NCBI GenBank assembly: GCA_031424495.1
Contig: JANPHP010000343.1
Coordinates: forward strand, 11,218-75,217
Length of the DNA: 64,000 nucleotides
Direction: 5' to 3'
Source: Bacteroidota bacterium
GTDB taxonomy: Bacteria; Bacteroidota; Bacteroidia; J057; JADKCL01
Shown here: positions 28,581 through 37,633 of the stretch, piece by piece
Position numbering within the stretch: position 1 is the stretch's first letter
Layout: the number at the start of each line of letters is the position of its first letter
Notes under the pieces: generated by a model
Told to the model about the DNA's origin: nothing
Database searches by the model: none
Seen by the model: only the letters and a program-made list of their open reading frames with translations
Translations under genes and position numbers: made by a program

Positions 28581-29288
28581 ATGAAAAAGTTTTTCGCTAT
28601 TTCCTTGTTGCTGTTGCTTGGCTGCACCCTCGGTGCTCAGCAGCCCGCCCAAAAGCCTTTGCGTTTGGGCTTGGGGTTGATGGGCACTTCTTATGTAGGT
28701 GACCTCAACACGCAAGGCGGATCGTGGGAGCGGTTTTCAGCTGGTGCCAACTTGTCCCTGCAATTTGCCTCAGACCACCTGCTGTCGCCCCAACTCAATG
28801 CTGGGTTTGGAAAATTTCTCGCCCAAGACCGCGACATTGCCGCCGTCGAAGGCGTGCAACCCAACACCTTTGTCCAAACGACCTTTTTCTGCGTGGATTT
28901 GCGGCTCAAGGCCCGCTTTTTACGCGAAAAAGCAGTGCATCCCTACCTGAGTGCCGGCATCGGCTTGGTAGGCTTTACCCCGCGTGATACAGATGGCTAT
29001 AACCTGATCGACAATTTTGCCTCCCGCAACGTCGGGGAAACTTTTGGCTCGATGACAGCGGGCTTTCCCTTGAGTACCGGCCTTGAGGTGCAGATGAGCA
29101 GCATACTTCATTTGGGTCTGGAGTACACCTATCGCCCAACGGCTAGCGACTACCTCGACAACATCGGGCAGCTCGGCCCGCGCAAAGGTAAAGACAAGCT
29201 GCAAGCACTGCTGCTCACGCTCTACATTACCTTTGACCCCGACGCAGCCCGCAGCAACAACGGATTGCGTGGACGGGACCGGAACTAA
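28581..29288 (+). CDS. Outer-membrane beta-barrel protein (DUF6089-like)
   Basis: Signal peptide, G.SYVGDL, HPYLSAGIG and EYTYRPTASDYLD motifs. Confidence 0.78.
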   Translation: MKKFFAISLLLLLGCTLGAQQPAQKPLRLGLGLMGTSYVGDLNTQGGSWERFSAGANLSLQFASDHLLSPQLNAGFGKFLAQDRDIAAVEGVQPNTFVQTTFFCVDLRLKARFLREKAVHPYLSAGIGLVGFTPRDTDGYNLIDNFASRNVGETFGSMTAGFPLSTGLEVQMSSILHLGLEYTYRPTASDYLDNIGQLGPRKGKDKLQALLLTLYITFDPDAARSNNGLRGRDRN

Positions 29289-29297
29289 GGAATGAAA

Positions 29298-29455
29298 TTT
29301 CAATAAGTTCCAACATTATGCTTGTCTTTTTGGCCCCTGACTGCGTTGCAAATTGGGTCCGTCCCGGCGTCGGGACGAACCCAATTTGCGCCTTGCCAGC
29401 AGCGATGAGAAGCATCGCCAAAAAGCCGGCGCATAAAAATTGGAACTTATTGAAA
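29298..29455. mobile_element. 158-bp MITE-like structured element with perfect 16-bp terminal inverted repeats
   Basis: tttcaataagttccaa / ttggaacttattgaaa termini with nested internal stems and a central 19-bp hairpin. Mobility is inferred. Confidence 0.6.
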
Positions 29456-29470
29456 AACTATTCCTAGGCC

Positions 29471-30055
29471 TCAAGAACGCTGCGCAGCGCCATAAGCCTC
29501 AAGCACTTCACACATTTGGTTGTAAAAAGCCTCCCCAAACTTGCGGGTGAGCGGCGCTTTCAAAAACTTGTAAAGCGGCACTTTGAGGGAAACGCCGAGC
29601 TTGCAGGCAGGTGAGCAGATTTGCCAGCGCTCATAATTGATCGCCTGCATCTCCATCATGCGCATGTCTTTGAGCCGCACGGGATAGAGGTGGCAACTGA
29701 TTGGCTTTTGAAAGGGAATTTTGCCATCCTTCCAAGCCATCTCGATGCCACAGAGGGCTTTTTTGTCTTGAAAAACGACAAATGCACACTCCCGGCCATT
29801 GAGCAGCGAGGTGCTGTGGCGACCGTCTCCATCCGTCACGTAAGGCCCGTTTTCTGCCAAAGTCTTTTGCGATGCCATGCTCAAATAGGGCATGACCAAT
29901 GGCAGCACCTCATCCATCGTGGACAGTTCGTCGGCATCGAGCGGGGCACCGACGTCGCCCTCGACGCAACAAGCGCCTTTGCAAGCCTCAAGGTCGCAAA
30001 CGAAATGTATGCGCAACAGGTCTTCGCTGACCAATTTGTCGTCGATAGCAATCAT
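29471..30055 (-). CDS. DUF3109-family Cys-cluster protein
   Basis: FVCDL.ACKGACCVEGD.GAP, ECAF, CGIE and KPISCHLYP motifs. Confidence 0.88.
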   Translation of the reverse strand: MIAIDDKLVSEDLLRIHFVCDLEACKGACCVEGDVGAPLDADELSTMDEVLPLVMPYLSMASQKTLAENGPYVTDGDGRHSTSLLNGRECAFVVFQDKKALCGIEMAWKDGKIPFQKPISCHLYPVRLKDMRMMEMQAINYERWQICSPACKLGVSLKVPLYKFLKAPLTRKFGEAFYNQMCEVLEAYGAAQRS

Positions 30056-31209
30056 GATGTAATAAATTGAATGGAGGGTAATGGCGGCATCGTCCGCAAA
30101 AGGCCTTGAAATTCAGGTAGATGAATGCAAATAGGTCGGAGCCCCGGAGCGATCTCAAAGCGCGAGGCATCGATGCCCAGCGCGACGGCACCATTGCGGG
30201 TAGCCCAGCGCAGCAAGGTTGCTGTCGAAATTTCGCTTTTGGCTTCCAAGAGTTGGGCCTCGGCAAATATGCTGAGGCCTGTATTCCCGGCAAGGCTGTC
30301 AGTGCCTAGGCCGATGCGATCTGGGTAGGCCGCAAACATGGCCGCATCGGGCAGGCGATCGTGGATGTAGGCATTGGCGCGCGGACATAGCACAATGTAG
30401 GTGCGCGGCCATCCGTCCATGATGTGGGCGAGCTCCTCGGGGCGCAACTCGGTCGCGTGCACGAGCAAGACATTGCAATTTTGGGGAATGGCCTCCATGA
30501 CAAAATCCACGACACTATTATATGTGTGCGCTTGAAACACCGCACCGATGCCACGGATGAAGTCCATCAAAGGGCCTTCCAATTCCTCAAACAATTGCCG
30601 CTCCTCCTGGGACTCGAGCAAGTGTATGCTCTGCGGCCAAGCGCGCCGCTGTGCATATTGCAACAGCTTGTCGCGCAGGGCGACCGACATGCTGTAAGGG
30701 GCATGTGGCGTGATCGAACTCTGCTTGCCAAAGTCCCGCAGCAGATCCAAGCCTTTGATGAAGATCTCCTCAGCCATGCTGGGATTCAGCCCAAATAGCT
30801 CAATGAAATTGTGAAATTGAAACTCTGGATGGGCTTGTTTGATCGGCAGACTGCTCAAGCCATTGCAGATGTCGCCGATGGCTGCAATGCCGCCTTGGCG
30901 CATTTCGAGGAGTGCGGCCTCCATGGCGGCAGCTCGTTCTTGATCGCTAAACCCGTCTCGGATTGGTTGTAGGGCACGCACAAAACCGGCCATGCCTGTG
31001 TGCTGCGGTATCAAGCCCTTCAAATGTGAAAGCTCAAGGTGACAGTGTGCATTGACAAAAGCCGGTGTGAGTAGGCCCTGCAAATGTGTGGCCCCAGGAG
31101 CAAAGCCGGGAGTGATGGACATGACCACTCCATCTTCGTCCAGACTTACGGTCTGGTCCTGCAGCAATTCGATTCCCGTAAACAACCAATCACAAGCAAA
31201 AGCACGCAT
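30052..31209 (-). CDS. Metal-dependent amidohydrolase (deaminase-like)
   Basis: NAHCHLELS, PHAPYS, IHLLES, LLVH, LCPRAN and GTDSLA motifs. Confidence 0.9.
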   Translation of the reverse strand: MRAFACDWLFTGIELLQDQTVSLDEDGVVMSITPGFAPGATHLQGLLTPAFVNAHCHLELSHLKGLIPQHTGMAGFVRALQPIRDGFSDQERAAAMEAALLEMRQGGIAAIGDICNGLSSLPIKQAHPEFQFHNFIELFGLNPSMAEEIFIKGLDLLRDFGKQSSITPHAPYSMSVALRDKLLQYAQRRAWPQSIHLLESQEERQLFEELEGPLMDFIRGIGAVFQAHTYNSVVDFVMEAIPQNCNVLLVHATELRPEELAHIMDGWPRTYIVLCPRANAYIHDRLPDAAMFAAYPDRIGLGTDSLAGNTGLSIFAEAQLLEAKSEISTATLLRWATRNGAVALGIDASRFEIAPGLRPICIHLPEFQGLLRTMPPLPSIQFITS

Positions 31210-31340
31210 CCCACAAAGTTAGGGCAGGATTTTTAGGATTACATGATTTTTGCTGGAAGAAGATTTTGGGGATGCGGTCTGGATTTGATCCAATTGAAAT
31301 CAGCTTTGGTTTGCAGGTTGTTGTTTCAATGCATTGCAAC

Positions 31341-31366
31341 AAAAAACCCGCCGTGAGGCGGGTTTT
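31341..31366 (-). terminator. Intrinsic terminator
   Basis: aaaaaacccgcc-gtga-ggcgggtttt, 16 nt past the stop at 31383. Confidence 0.85.
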
Positions 31367-31382
31367 CGATATCTATAGCCGA

Positions 31383-32231
31383 TCATTGACCGTCGTCTTC
31401 ATCGTCCAAATCATCGAGATCGAGATCATCATCAAGGTCGTCGGTGCCATCGAGCAAGTCTGAGTCATCGTCGGCAGGGTCATCGAGATTGATATCATCC
31501 CAGTTTTCGTCATCGTTGAGCAAATCGTCGAGATCACCGTCATCTTCCAGCAGATCGCCAAGATCGGAATCGATCAAGTCGTCATTTGCTTTGGTAGAAG
31601 TTGTAGCAGACTCGCCGCGCATCGCCATCGGCTGTGACACCGGCTTTGGATTTGCAACTGCGGGCGCTGGCTTGGCTGCTGCAACGGGTGCTGGCTTGGC
31701 GGCTGCAACGACTGGGGTCGGTTTTGCAGGCGTAGCCACACTTGCCGTGAGCTGACCAGAAGCCGGCGGCGTCGCAGCCATGCTGGTTTTGCCGATTGGC
31801 TTGCCTTCCAAGCTGAAACGCATGCGATCGGTGGAAGCTGCATTGGCCACCTCGACCTCATAAAATTTTTGATTGGTGCGATCCACGACCTTGAACGCGC
31901 GCTGCACCTTACCCGCAGGGTAGGCCGCAGTGATCGACGAGTTCACACTTGCAGGGAAAGCCGACATTGCAGACACAATTTTCTTTTGCTGGAGCTGGCC
32001 GGCTTGGTCATAACAATAGACCATTTTTTGACCTTCCTTCAGCCAACTGGCTTCCCAAGAGTTGTTGGGGCCGAGGCTCCATGTTGCATTCGCGCCACCA
32101 CTGGAGGCTTGGAATGCCTTCATCGCATTGGGGTTCACGGTCTGTGCCGAGACACTGCCCAAAACCACAAACAGAAACAACGCAGCACTAAGGATAGATT
32201 TTCCCAAACGTTCGCGCATCTTATATTTCAT
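31383..32231 (-). CDS. Exported protein: PepSY-like domain, Pro/Ala/Lys linker, Asp-rich tail
   Basis: Signal peptide (VSAQ), W...WEA...YD..G...P..V...YP...YEVEV pattern, AAAKPAPV repeats, acidic C-terminus. Confidence 0.75.
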   Translation of the reverse strand: MKYKMRERLGKSILSAALFLFVVLGSVSAQTVNPNAMKAFQASSGGANATWSLGPNNSWEASWLKEGQKMVYCYDQAGQLQQKKIVSAMSAFPASVNSSITAAYPAGKVQRAFKVVDRTNQKFYEVEVANAASTDRMRFSLEGKPIGKTSMAATPPASGQLTASVATPAKPTPVVAAAKPAPVAAAKPAPAVANPKPVSQPMAMRGESATTSTKANDDLIDSDLGDLLEDDGDLDDLLNDDENWDDINLDDPADDDSDLLDGTDDLDDDLDLDDLDDEDDGQ

Positions 32232-32385
32232 CTTTCGTGAAGTAGGGAGCGCATAGTTGTACTCCCGAACATAAAAATACGAGTTTTTCTGATGTAAGAA
32301 AGAAATCCACAAAAAGTTTACACATCCTGAGGAAAATTTTCTCGCTTCTGTATTTGCTTGTCTGAAATGGTTGAAATTCGGAGGA

Positions 32386-33309
32386 ATGAATTTTGGAAAA
32401 CTGCATGTACTCACGCAGGTCGATTTCTCCCTGCCTCCAGACCATGAGCGAACGACGCGCGTGCTTGCTCGCGCCTTGCAATCGCCTCATTCACAGCGCA
32501 AAATTTACCTTGGCGCAACAGGTTGGAGCAACAAAGAGTGGGTTGGGTCGATGTATCCGCCCAAGGCCAAGCCGCCCGAATACCTCTCGCACTACAGCCG
32601 CATTTTCAATACCATCGAATTCAACACGACCCATTACCGCATTCCCGACCAGGATCTTGTACAGCGCTGGCATGACGAGGCCGCGCCGGGATTTGCATTT
32701 TGCCCCAAGGTGCCTCAACAAATCAGTCACCGTGCACGGTTGCGGGCTGAGGAACCCACCCTGCGATTTGCGGAAGTGATGGGGGGGCTCGGCGACAAGC
32801 TTGGCCCTTGCTTCATTCAACTTCCAGATCACCATGGCACACAAGGGCTTTCGCTGATCCAAGACTATTTGCAGGTATGGCCGCAGGAGGTGCCCCTGCA
32901 CTGGGAATTGCGCAATCCAGATTGGTTCTCGGCGGATGGCGGGCCCGCAAGAGAAGGCTTTGATGCAATGGAGGCAGCGGGACACGGCACCGTGATCACC
33001 GACGTCGCAGGTCGCCGCGACGTCTTGCACATGCAGCTAACCACGCCGGTCTTGATGTTGCGCTTTGTAGGGAATGGATTGCATCCCACAGATTACCAAC
33101 GCAGCGACGACTGGATCGCGCGCATCGCCGATTGGTGGCGGCGCGGTCTGCAAGCAGCCTATATCTTCATTCATCAACCCGACATGATGCAGGTTCCCGC
33201 CTTCACCGGCTACTGGGCGCGTGGGTTGAATGCTGCAATTGGCTTACACCTCAACGATCCGCAGCCGATACTGCCGCCCACAATGGGCGTGCAAGGCACA
33301 TTGTTTTAA
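32386..33309 (+). CDS. DUF72-family protein
   Basis: YLGATGW, FNTIEFNTTHYR, FCPKVPQ.ISH, LGPCFIQLP and ELRN motifs. Confidence 0.9.
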   Translation: MNFGKLHVLTQVDFSLPPDHERTTRVLARALQSPHSQRKIYLGATGWSNKEWVGSMYPPKAKPPEYLSHYSRIFNTIEFNTTHYRIPDQDLVQRWHDEAAPGFAFCPKVPQQISHRARLRAEEPTLRFAEVMGGLGDKLGPCFIQLPDHHGTQGLSLIQDYLQVWPQEVPLHWELRNPDWFSADGGPAREGFDAMEAAGHGTVITDVAGRRDVLHMQLTTPVLMLRFVGNGLHPTDYQRSDDWIARIADWWRRGLQAAYIFIHQPDMMQVPAFTGYWARGLNAAIGLHLNDPQPILPPTMGVQGTLF

Positions 33310-33329
33310 CGATCCCAATCATCCCCTAC

Positions 33330-34019
33330 ATGGAAAATCAACCTTTGGATTCGATACGCAGTGAAATGAGCGCCGTGCGGCGCCTCAGTGACCGCGGGCA
33401 CTATGACCGCGCGACCATCGATGCCATCCTCGATGCGCAAATGATGTGTCAGATAGGTTTTGTGTGGCAAGGCCGGCCGCAGGTGATCCCGACACTCTAT
33501 GGCCGCGATGGCAATCGCGTCTTGTTTCATGGCTCGGCATTGAGTCGCATGTTGCAGGCTGCGGAGGAGGGACCCGAGATTTGCTTCAGCGTCACCATCC
33601 TTGATGCATTGGTGCTGGCACGATCCGGATTCAACCACAGCGCTAATTATAGGAGTGTGGTTTTGTATGGAAAGCCCTACCGCATCGAGGGCGATTCGGC
33701 AAAAACTGCTGCTTTGCGCTTGATCTCAGAGCATTTTTTGCCAGGGCGTTGGGATGAATGCCGCGGCCCCAATGCCAATGAACTCAAAGCCACGACGGTG
33801 CTCGCGCTGGACATCTCGGAGGGAGCCGCAAAGGTGAGGGATTACGGCGTGAAGGACGATCCCAGAGACATGGATTCCGATTATTGGGCAGGGCTGTTGC
33901 CGCTGAGCATGGTCGCGGGTGAAGCGCAGCCTTCGCCCGATTTGAAACAGGGCTTGCAGGTGCCTGACAGTGTGAAGAATGCAGAAAACCGACCGTTTTT
34001 CGGCCAAAAACCTCAATAA
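33330..34019 (+). CDS. Pyridoxamine 5'-phosphate oxidase-like flavin-binding protein
   Basis: R..YD...I.AILD, PQVIPT, HGS, LVLARS.FNHSANYRSVV and WAG.LP motifs. Confidence 0.9.
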   Translation: MENQPLDSIRSEMSAVRRLSDRGHYDRATIDAILDAQMMCQIGFVWQGRPQVIPTLYGRDGNRVLFHGSALSRMLQAAEEGPEICFSVTILDALVLARSGFNHSANYRSVVLYGKPYRIEGDSAKTAALRLISEHFLPGRWDECRGPNANELKATTVLALDISEGAAKVRDYGVKDDPRDMDSDYWAGLLPLSMVAGEAQPSPDLKQGLQVPDSVKNAENRPFFGQKPQ

Positions 34020-34714
34020 TTTTTCTTGAACCGCGTTCTTGTCTTGCCTTTGTGGTAACCATACCGGTCATGAAAGAGCTCCCAACGAAAGGCCGCCATC
34101 GGTTGGATCGTGATGCTGCGGATGGGCAACCAAGTAAATCCAAGCCCCGAAAAATAATCGCGCTCACCCAGTGGCGGCGCACTGCTCCAAAATGGATAAC
34201 CGACTTGCAATCCAAAATCAACCAGAAAACGCTGATAGATCGTCTTGCGCCGCAAAGGATTCCAAGTATAGCCAAAATTGATGGCGCCGCTCATCACGTT
34301 GATTTGCTGCGCAAATACAACCGGCGGTTCCGTTGCGGCGGTGCAAGAATTGATGCGTGCGCTTTCATTTTGGCGGCTGTAAATCAGGTCTGCGCCCCAA
34401 AAAATATGATTGGCGTGGTGATCGGTCGTGAAGCCGTTGCGCAAGCCGAGGCGAATGTGCCAACCGCCATTTTTGAACTGTCGCAGGCACTCTGCCTCGC
34501 GGCGTGCAAAATACATGGGGCCATGCATTGTATAGCCGCCTCCAAGCGAGACGGCGATCCAATCCTCATTTTTGGGATAATACAGCGCACCGATCTCCAA
34601 TGTTCGACCAAGCAGACCACCCACATTGGGGCCGACAAATAGCTGCGCAGAAGCCATATCGCGGCAAGCGATCAGCAATCCCAGCACCAATAGGGTAATT
34701 TTGAGCAAACGCAT
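34013..34714 (-). CDS. Exported hypothetical protein, probable beta-barrel
   Basis: Signal peptide (ASAQ), amphipathic strands, basic tail. Confidence 0.65.
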   Translation of the reverse strand: MRLLKITLLVLGLLIACRDMASAQLFVGPNVGGLLGRTLEIGALYYPKNEDWIAVSLGGGYTMHGPMYFARREAECLRQFKNGGWHIRLGLRNGFTTDHHANHIFWGADLIYSRQNESARINSCTAATEPPVVFAQQINVMSGAINFGYTWNPLRRKTIYQRFLVDFGLQVGYPFWSSAPPLGERDYFSGLGFTWLPIRSITIQPMAAFRWELFHDRYGYHKGKTRTRFKKNY

Positions 34715-34778
34715 CCTAGGGGTAAAGGTAGGGAATTTGGAAATGGCTTGGTAGCGGGCGACTGATTGCAAACTGCTT

Positions 34779-35864
34779 TTATGCAGTCGTCGCCATGCCG
34801 TCGGCATGGGCTGCGGCGGCAAAGTCATCAATCGCACGGTGCATCACGAAAAACCAAAGTGGGGGCAAGGTCGCCAGCACCAGCATGCCGGGGTAGCCCG
34901 TCGGCATCTGCGGACTGCCATGCATGTGGCGCAAGTTTTGGTATTTGCGGGCGGCGCGGTAGTGGTGGTCGCTGTGGCGGCTCAACTCAAACAGCAGCAA
35001 TCGGCCGATGAGGTGGTCAGAATTCCAAGAGTGTTGATGCGTCACGGCCTCGTACACGCCCGTGGGAGAGCATTTGCGTTGCAGGCCGTAGTGCTCGATA
35101 TAATTCACCGCCTCCAACAACAAAAAACCTGCCGTGGCGGCAGCCACAAAACCGATGAGCGCAAATCCGCCAAAAACAAAACCGATGAGCGCCAGGAAAC
35201 CGATCTGTATCAATTGAAACACGAGCATCTCGTTGCGCAGGGTAAATGGCGACTTGCCCAATTTGCGCAGGCGCTTATTCTCCAAATCCCAAGCGCCCCA
35301 ATAAGAACCCCAAACCGATCTGAAGACGAAGGTGTACAACATCTCGCCCCTGCGGGAACTCGCCGGATCCTCGGGCGTCGAGACATTTTTGTGATGCCCG
35401 CGATTGTGCTCGATGAAAAAATGCATGTACAGCGAGGATAGCAGCAAGATTTTGGCCATCCATTGCTCGTACCAAGTATTGCGGTGGCCGAGTTCGTGGG
35501 CGACATTGATGCCCATGACCCCGCAACCGATACCAGTGGACCAAGTCTTGCCCACAATTTCGGCGGTGGTGAGGCTCTCATCGGTGAGTTTCCAGCAAAG
35601 GAGCGTGATCAAGCCCAATTGCACCGGCACGATGAGGTAGAGCTGAATGTCATAAGCGCGATCGGCTTTGACCATTTCTTGCTCGGCATCGCTCAGATTA
35701 TTGGGGTCTGCGGGCAGCGTGAGCTCCAGCAGCGGCACCAATACAAAGGCATAGATCGCCAATGAATAGCTCCAAATTCCAGCTCCCAGCAAGGAAAGCA
35801 AGCCAGCGCCGACGCCGGTCCAGATGAAAAGATATTTGAGCGCACGCATTCTAGACATGGCCAT
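34779..35864 (-). CDS. alkB: Alkane 1-monooxygenase
   Basis: HELGH, EHNRGHH, NYIEHYGL and LSRHSDHH histidine boxes, plus TM helices. Confidence 0.92.
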   Translation of the reverse strand: MAMSRMRALKYLFIWTGVGAGLLSLLGAGIWSYSLAIYAFVLVPLLELTLPADPNNLSDAEQEMVKADRAYDIQLYLIVPVQLGLITLLCWKLTDESLTTAEIVGKTWSTGIGCGVMGINVAHELGHRNTWYEQWMAKILLLSSLYMHFFIEHNRGHHKNVSTPEDPASSRRGEMLYTFVFRSVWGSYWGAWDLENKRLRKLGKSPFTLRNEMLVFQLIQIGFLALIGFVFGGFALIGFVAAATAGFLLLEAVNYIEHYGLQRKCSPTGVYEAVTHQHSWNSDHLIGRLLLFELSRHSDHHYRAARKYQNLRHMHGSPQMPTGYPGMLVLATLPPLWFFVMHRAIDDFAAAAHADGMATTA

Positions 35865-35966
35865 GTCACGAGGGCAATTATTTCCCTTAGACAATGATAG
35901 TGATTATTTTTGAACGATATGTCTGTTAAGTAGTTACCCTTTCTACGAAATGCCTAATTTTTCCGA

Positions 35967-36887
35967 ATGAAGGACAGAACCAATTTCTACCGATTTCTGG
36001 TCATTCTGGCCACATTCTGCGGCTGGAAGAGCACCCACGCGCAAATGCAGATCCCCAATGGCGGATTTGAAAACTGGACCACGCCGTCTGGCGCGCAGTA
36101 CCAGGAGCCGACCGGCGGATGGTGGACGACGCTCAACGCTTTGCGTTCGCTCAGCGCGCCTGTCACCGTTGAAAAGTCGACAGACGCCCATAGCGGCAGT
36201 TTTTCGGCCAAGCTCACCACCGTAAGCTGGGGCACGGTTTTGCTGCCGGGATTGCTGGTTTCTGGTGAATTTGACATTCAAAATCCCAATTTTTTGGTGC
36301 AAGGGCAGCCTTGGATAGACTTGCCGCTTGCTTTTCAAGGTTGGTACAAATACACATCGGTGAACAATGACAGTGCAGGGATCGCCGCGCTGCTCACACG
36401 TTGGAATGTAGGAGCCGGCCGCCGTGACACCTTGGCGGCCGCCGCCGTGGTGATCACTGCCTCGCAAGCGGCATGGACGGCCTTTGACCTTCCTTTTTAT
36501 TATGTGCAGGGAGGGGCGCCCGACAGTATTTTGGTGGCGCTCGTGTCGAGCGGCGAAGGCCAAAATTTTGTCGGGCAGACGGGTAGCACCCTCTGGATCG
36601 ATGATTTGGCATTTGAATATGCGACAGCTGCGCCCTCGCCTGTGGGCGCCCAAGATCGGCCGCTTGTACACATGCAAGCAGGTGCGCTCGTGATCGAGCT
36701 GCCTGCGCAGTCGGGGGCGGCCGATTGCCGCATCATGGATTTGCAGGGCCGCGTCTTGGCGCAGCATCCATTGCGGAGCGGTGCGCGCAGCATCCCCATG
36801 GACCTAGCCGATGGCATCTATGTCGTCGAGATCTCCACCGTCGCGGGCGTCACATTCCGAGAAAAACTCATTTATTTTCAGCCATGA
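35967..36887 (+). CDS. PCMD (putative carbohydrate-metabolism) domain protein with T9SS CTD
   Basis: IPNGGFENW, DAHSG.FSAKL, GWYKY and GSTLWIDD motifs. CTD DLQGR...DGIYVV. Confidence 0.8.
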   Translation: MKDRTNFYRFLVILATFCGWKSTHAQMQIPNGGFENWTTPSGAQYQEPTGGWWTTLNALRSLSAPVTVEKSTDAHSGSFSAKLTTVSWGTVLLPGLLVSGEFDIQNPNFLVQGQPWIDLPLAFQGWYKYTSVNNDSAGIAALLTRWNVGAGRRDTLAAAAVVITASQAAWTAFDLPFYYVQGGAPDSILVALVSSGEGQNFVGQTGSTLWIDDLAFEYATAAPSPVGAQDRPLVHMQAGALVIELPAQSGAADCRIMDLQGRVLAQHPLRSGARSIPMDLADGIYVVEISTVAGVTFREKLIYFQP

Positions 36888-37609
36888 AACACATTCTGAT
36901 TTTGTCGGTGTTGGCATGGCTCTTTACGGGGATTGTTTTTGGGCAATCTCCATGGCAGTGGGGAGTGCGTGCCGGTGTGATCTTGGGTGGGCCGATTCCC
37001 GCACAATCAGATCCCGACAGCAGCAGCGGGCACCTGGCAGTCGGGCCGTCCCTCGGCGCCTTTGTCAATTACCAGTTGGCGGAGCGGTGGCGCTTGCAAG
37101 TCGGCTTGGCCTATGCTTTCAAAGGAGCAACGTATCAGCAGCTCTACCGCAACGATACCATGATGCCTTTGCAGATATTGCCAGGCGTCGTCGATACAGT
37201 ACCTACCTATTATTATGCCGATGCCAATGGCAAGATGAGCCTGCATTACATCGACCTGCCGATTTTGGTGCAATGGAGGGCCACAAAGCATGCTTGGATA
37301 CAGTTTGGGCCCTACCTGAGCGGATTGATCGGCGGCAAAGATGCCGGCAAGGCTGACATTCAAATTGGTGACGGCATGCTTTTCCCAGATACAACGATCA
37401 CATTCGACAATATCAAAGAGATCCGCAGGCTCGACATGGGCCTGTGCCTCGGCGGCAGTTATGAACTAGACAACGGACTTTTTTTGGAAATGCGCGCACA
37501 GCGCAGTTTGCGAGGCCTTTACCGCAAGGGTTTTTTGAGCAGCCAAGGCCTGCCCGAGATTCCGCTCTACCACACCCAGTTTTTTGTTGGCTTGGGCTGG
37601 CGGTTTTGA
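36884..37609 (+). CDS. Outer-membrane beta-barrel (porin/OMP_b-brl_2-like)
   Basis: WGVRAG, Y..KGA, LHYIDLPIL, GPY and terminal GWRF. ATGA overlap with the upstream gene. Confidence 0.8.
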   Translation: MKHILILSVLAWLFTGIVFGQSPWQWGVRAGVILGGPIPAQSDPDSSSGHLAVGPSLGAFVNYQLAERWRLQVGLAYAFKGATYQQLYRNDTMMPLQILPGVVDTVPTYYYADANGKMSLHYIDLPILVQWRATKHAWIQFGPYLSGLIGGKDAGKADIQIGDGMLFPDTTITFDNIKEIRRLDMGLCLGGSYELDNGLFLEMRAQRSLRGLYRKGFLSSQGLPEIPLYHTQFFVGLGWRF

Positions 37610-37633
37610 CGAATGAAGTAATCGAAATTTGGC

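Noticed and set aside
31222-31250. 9-nt periodic caggatttt/taggattac/atgattttt resembling the 56340 heads
   Set aside because: No matching inverted end, and it overlaps the amidohydrolase promoter region.
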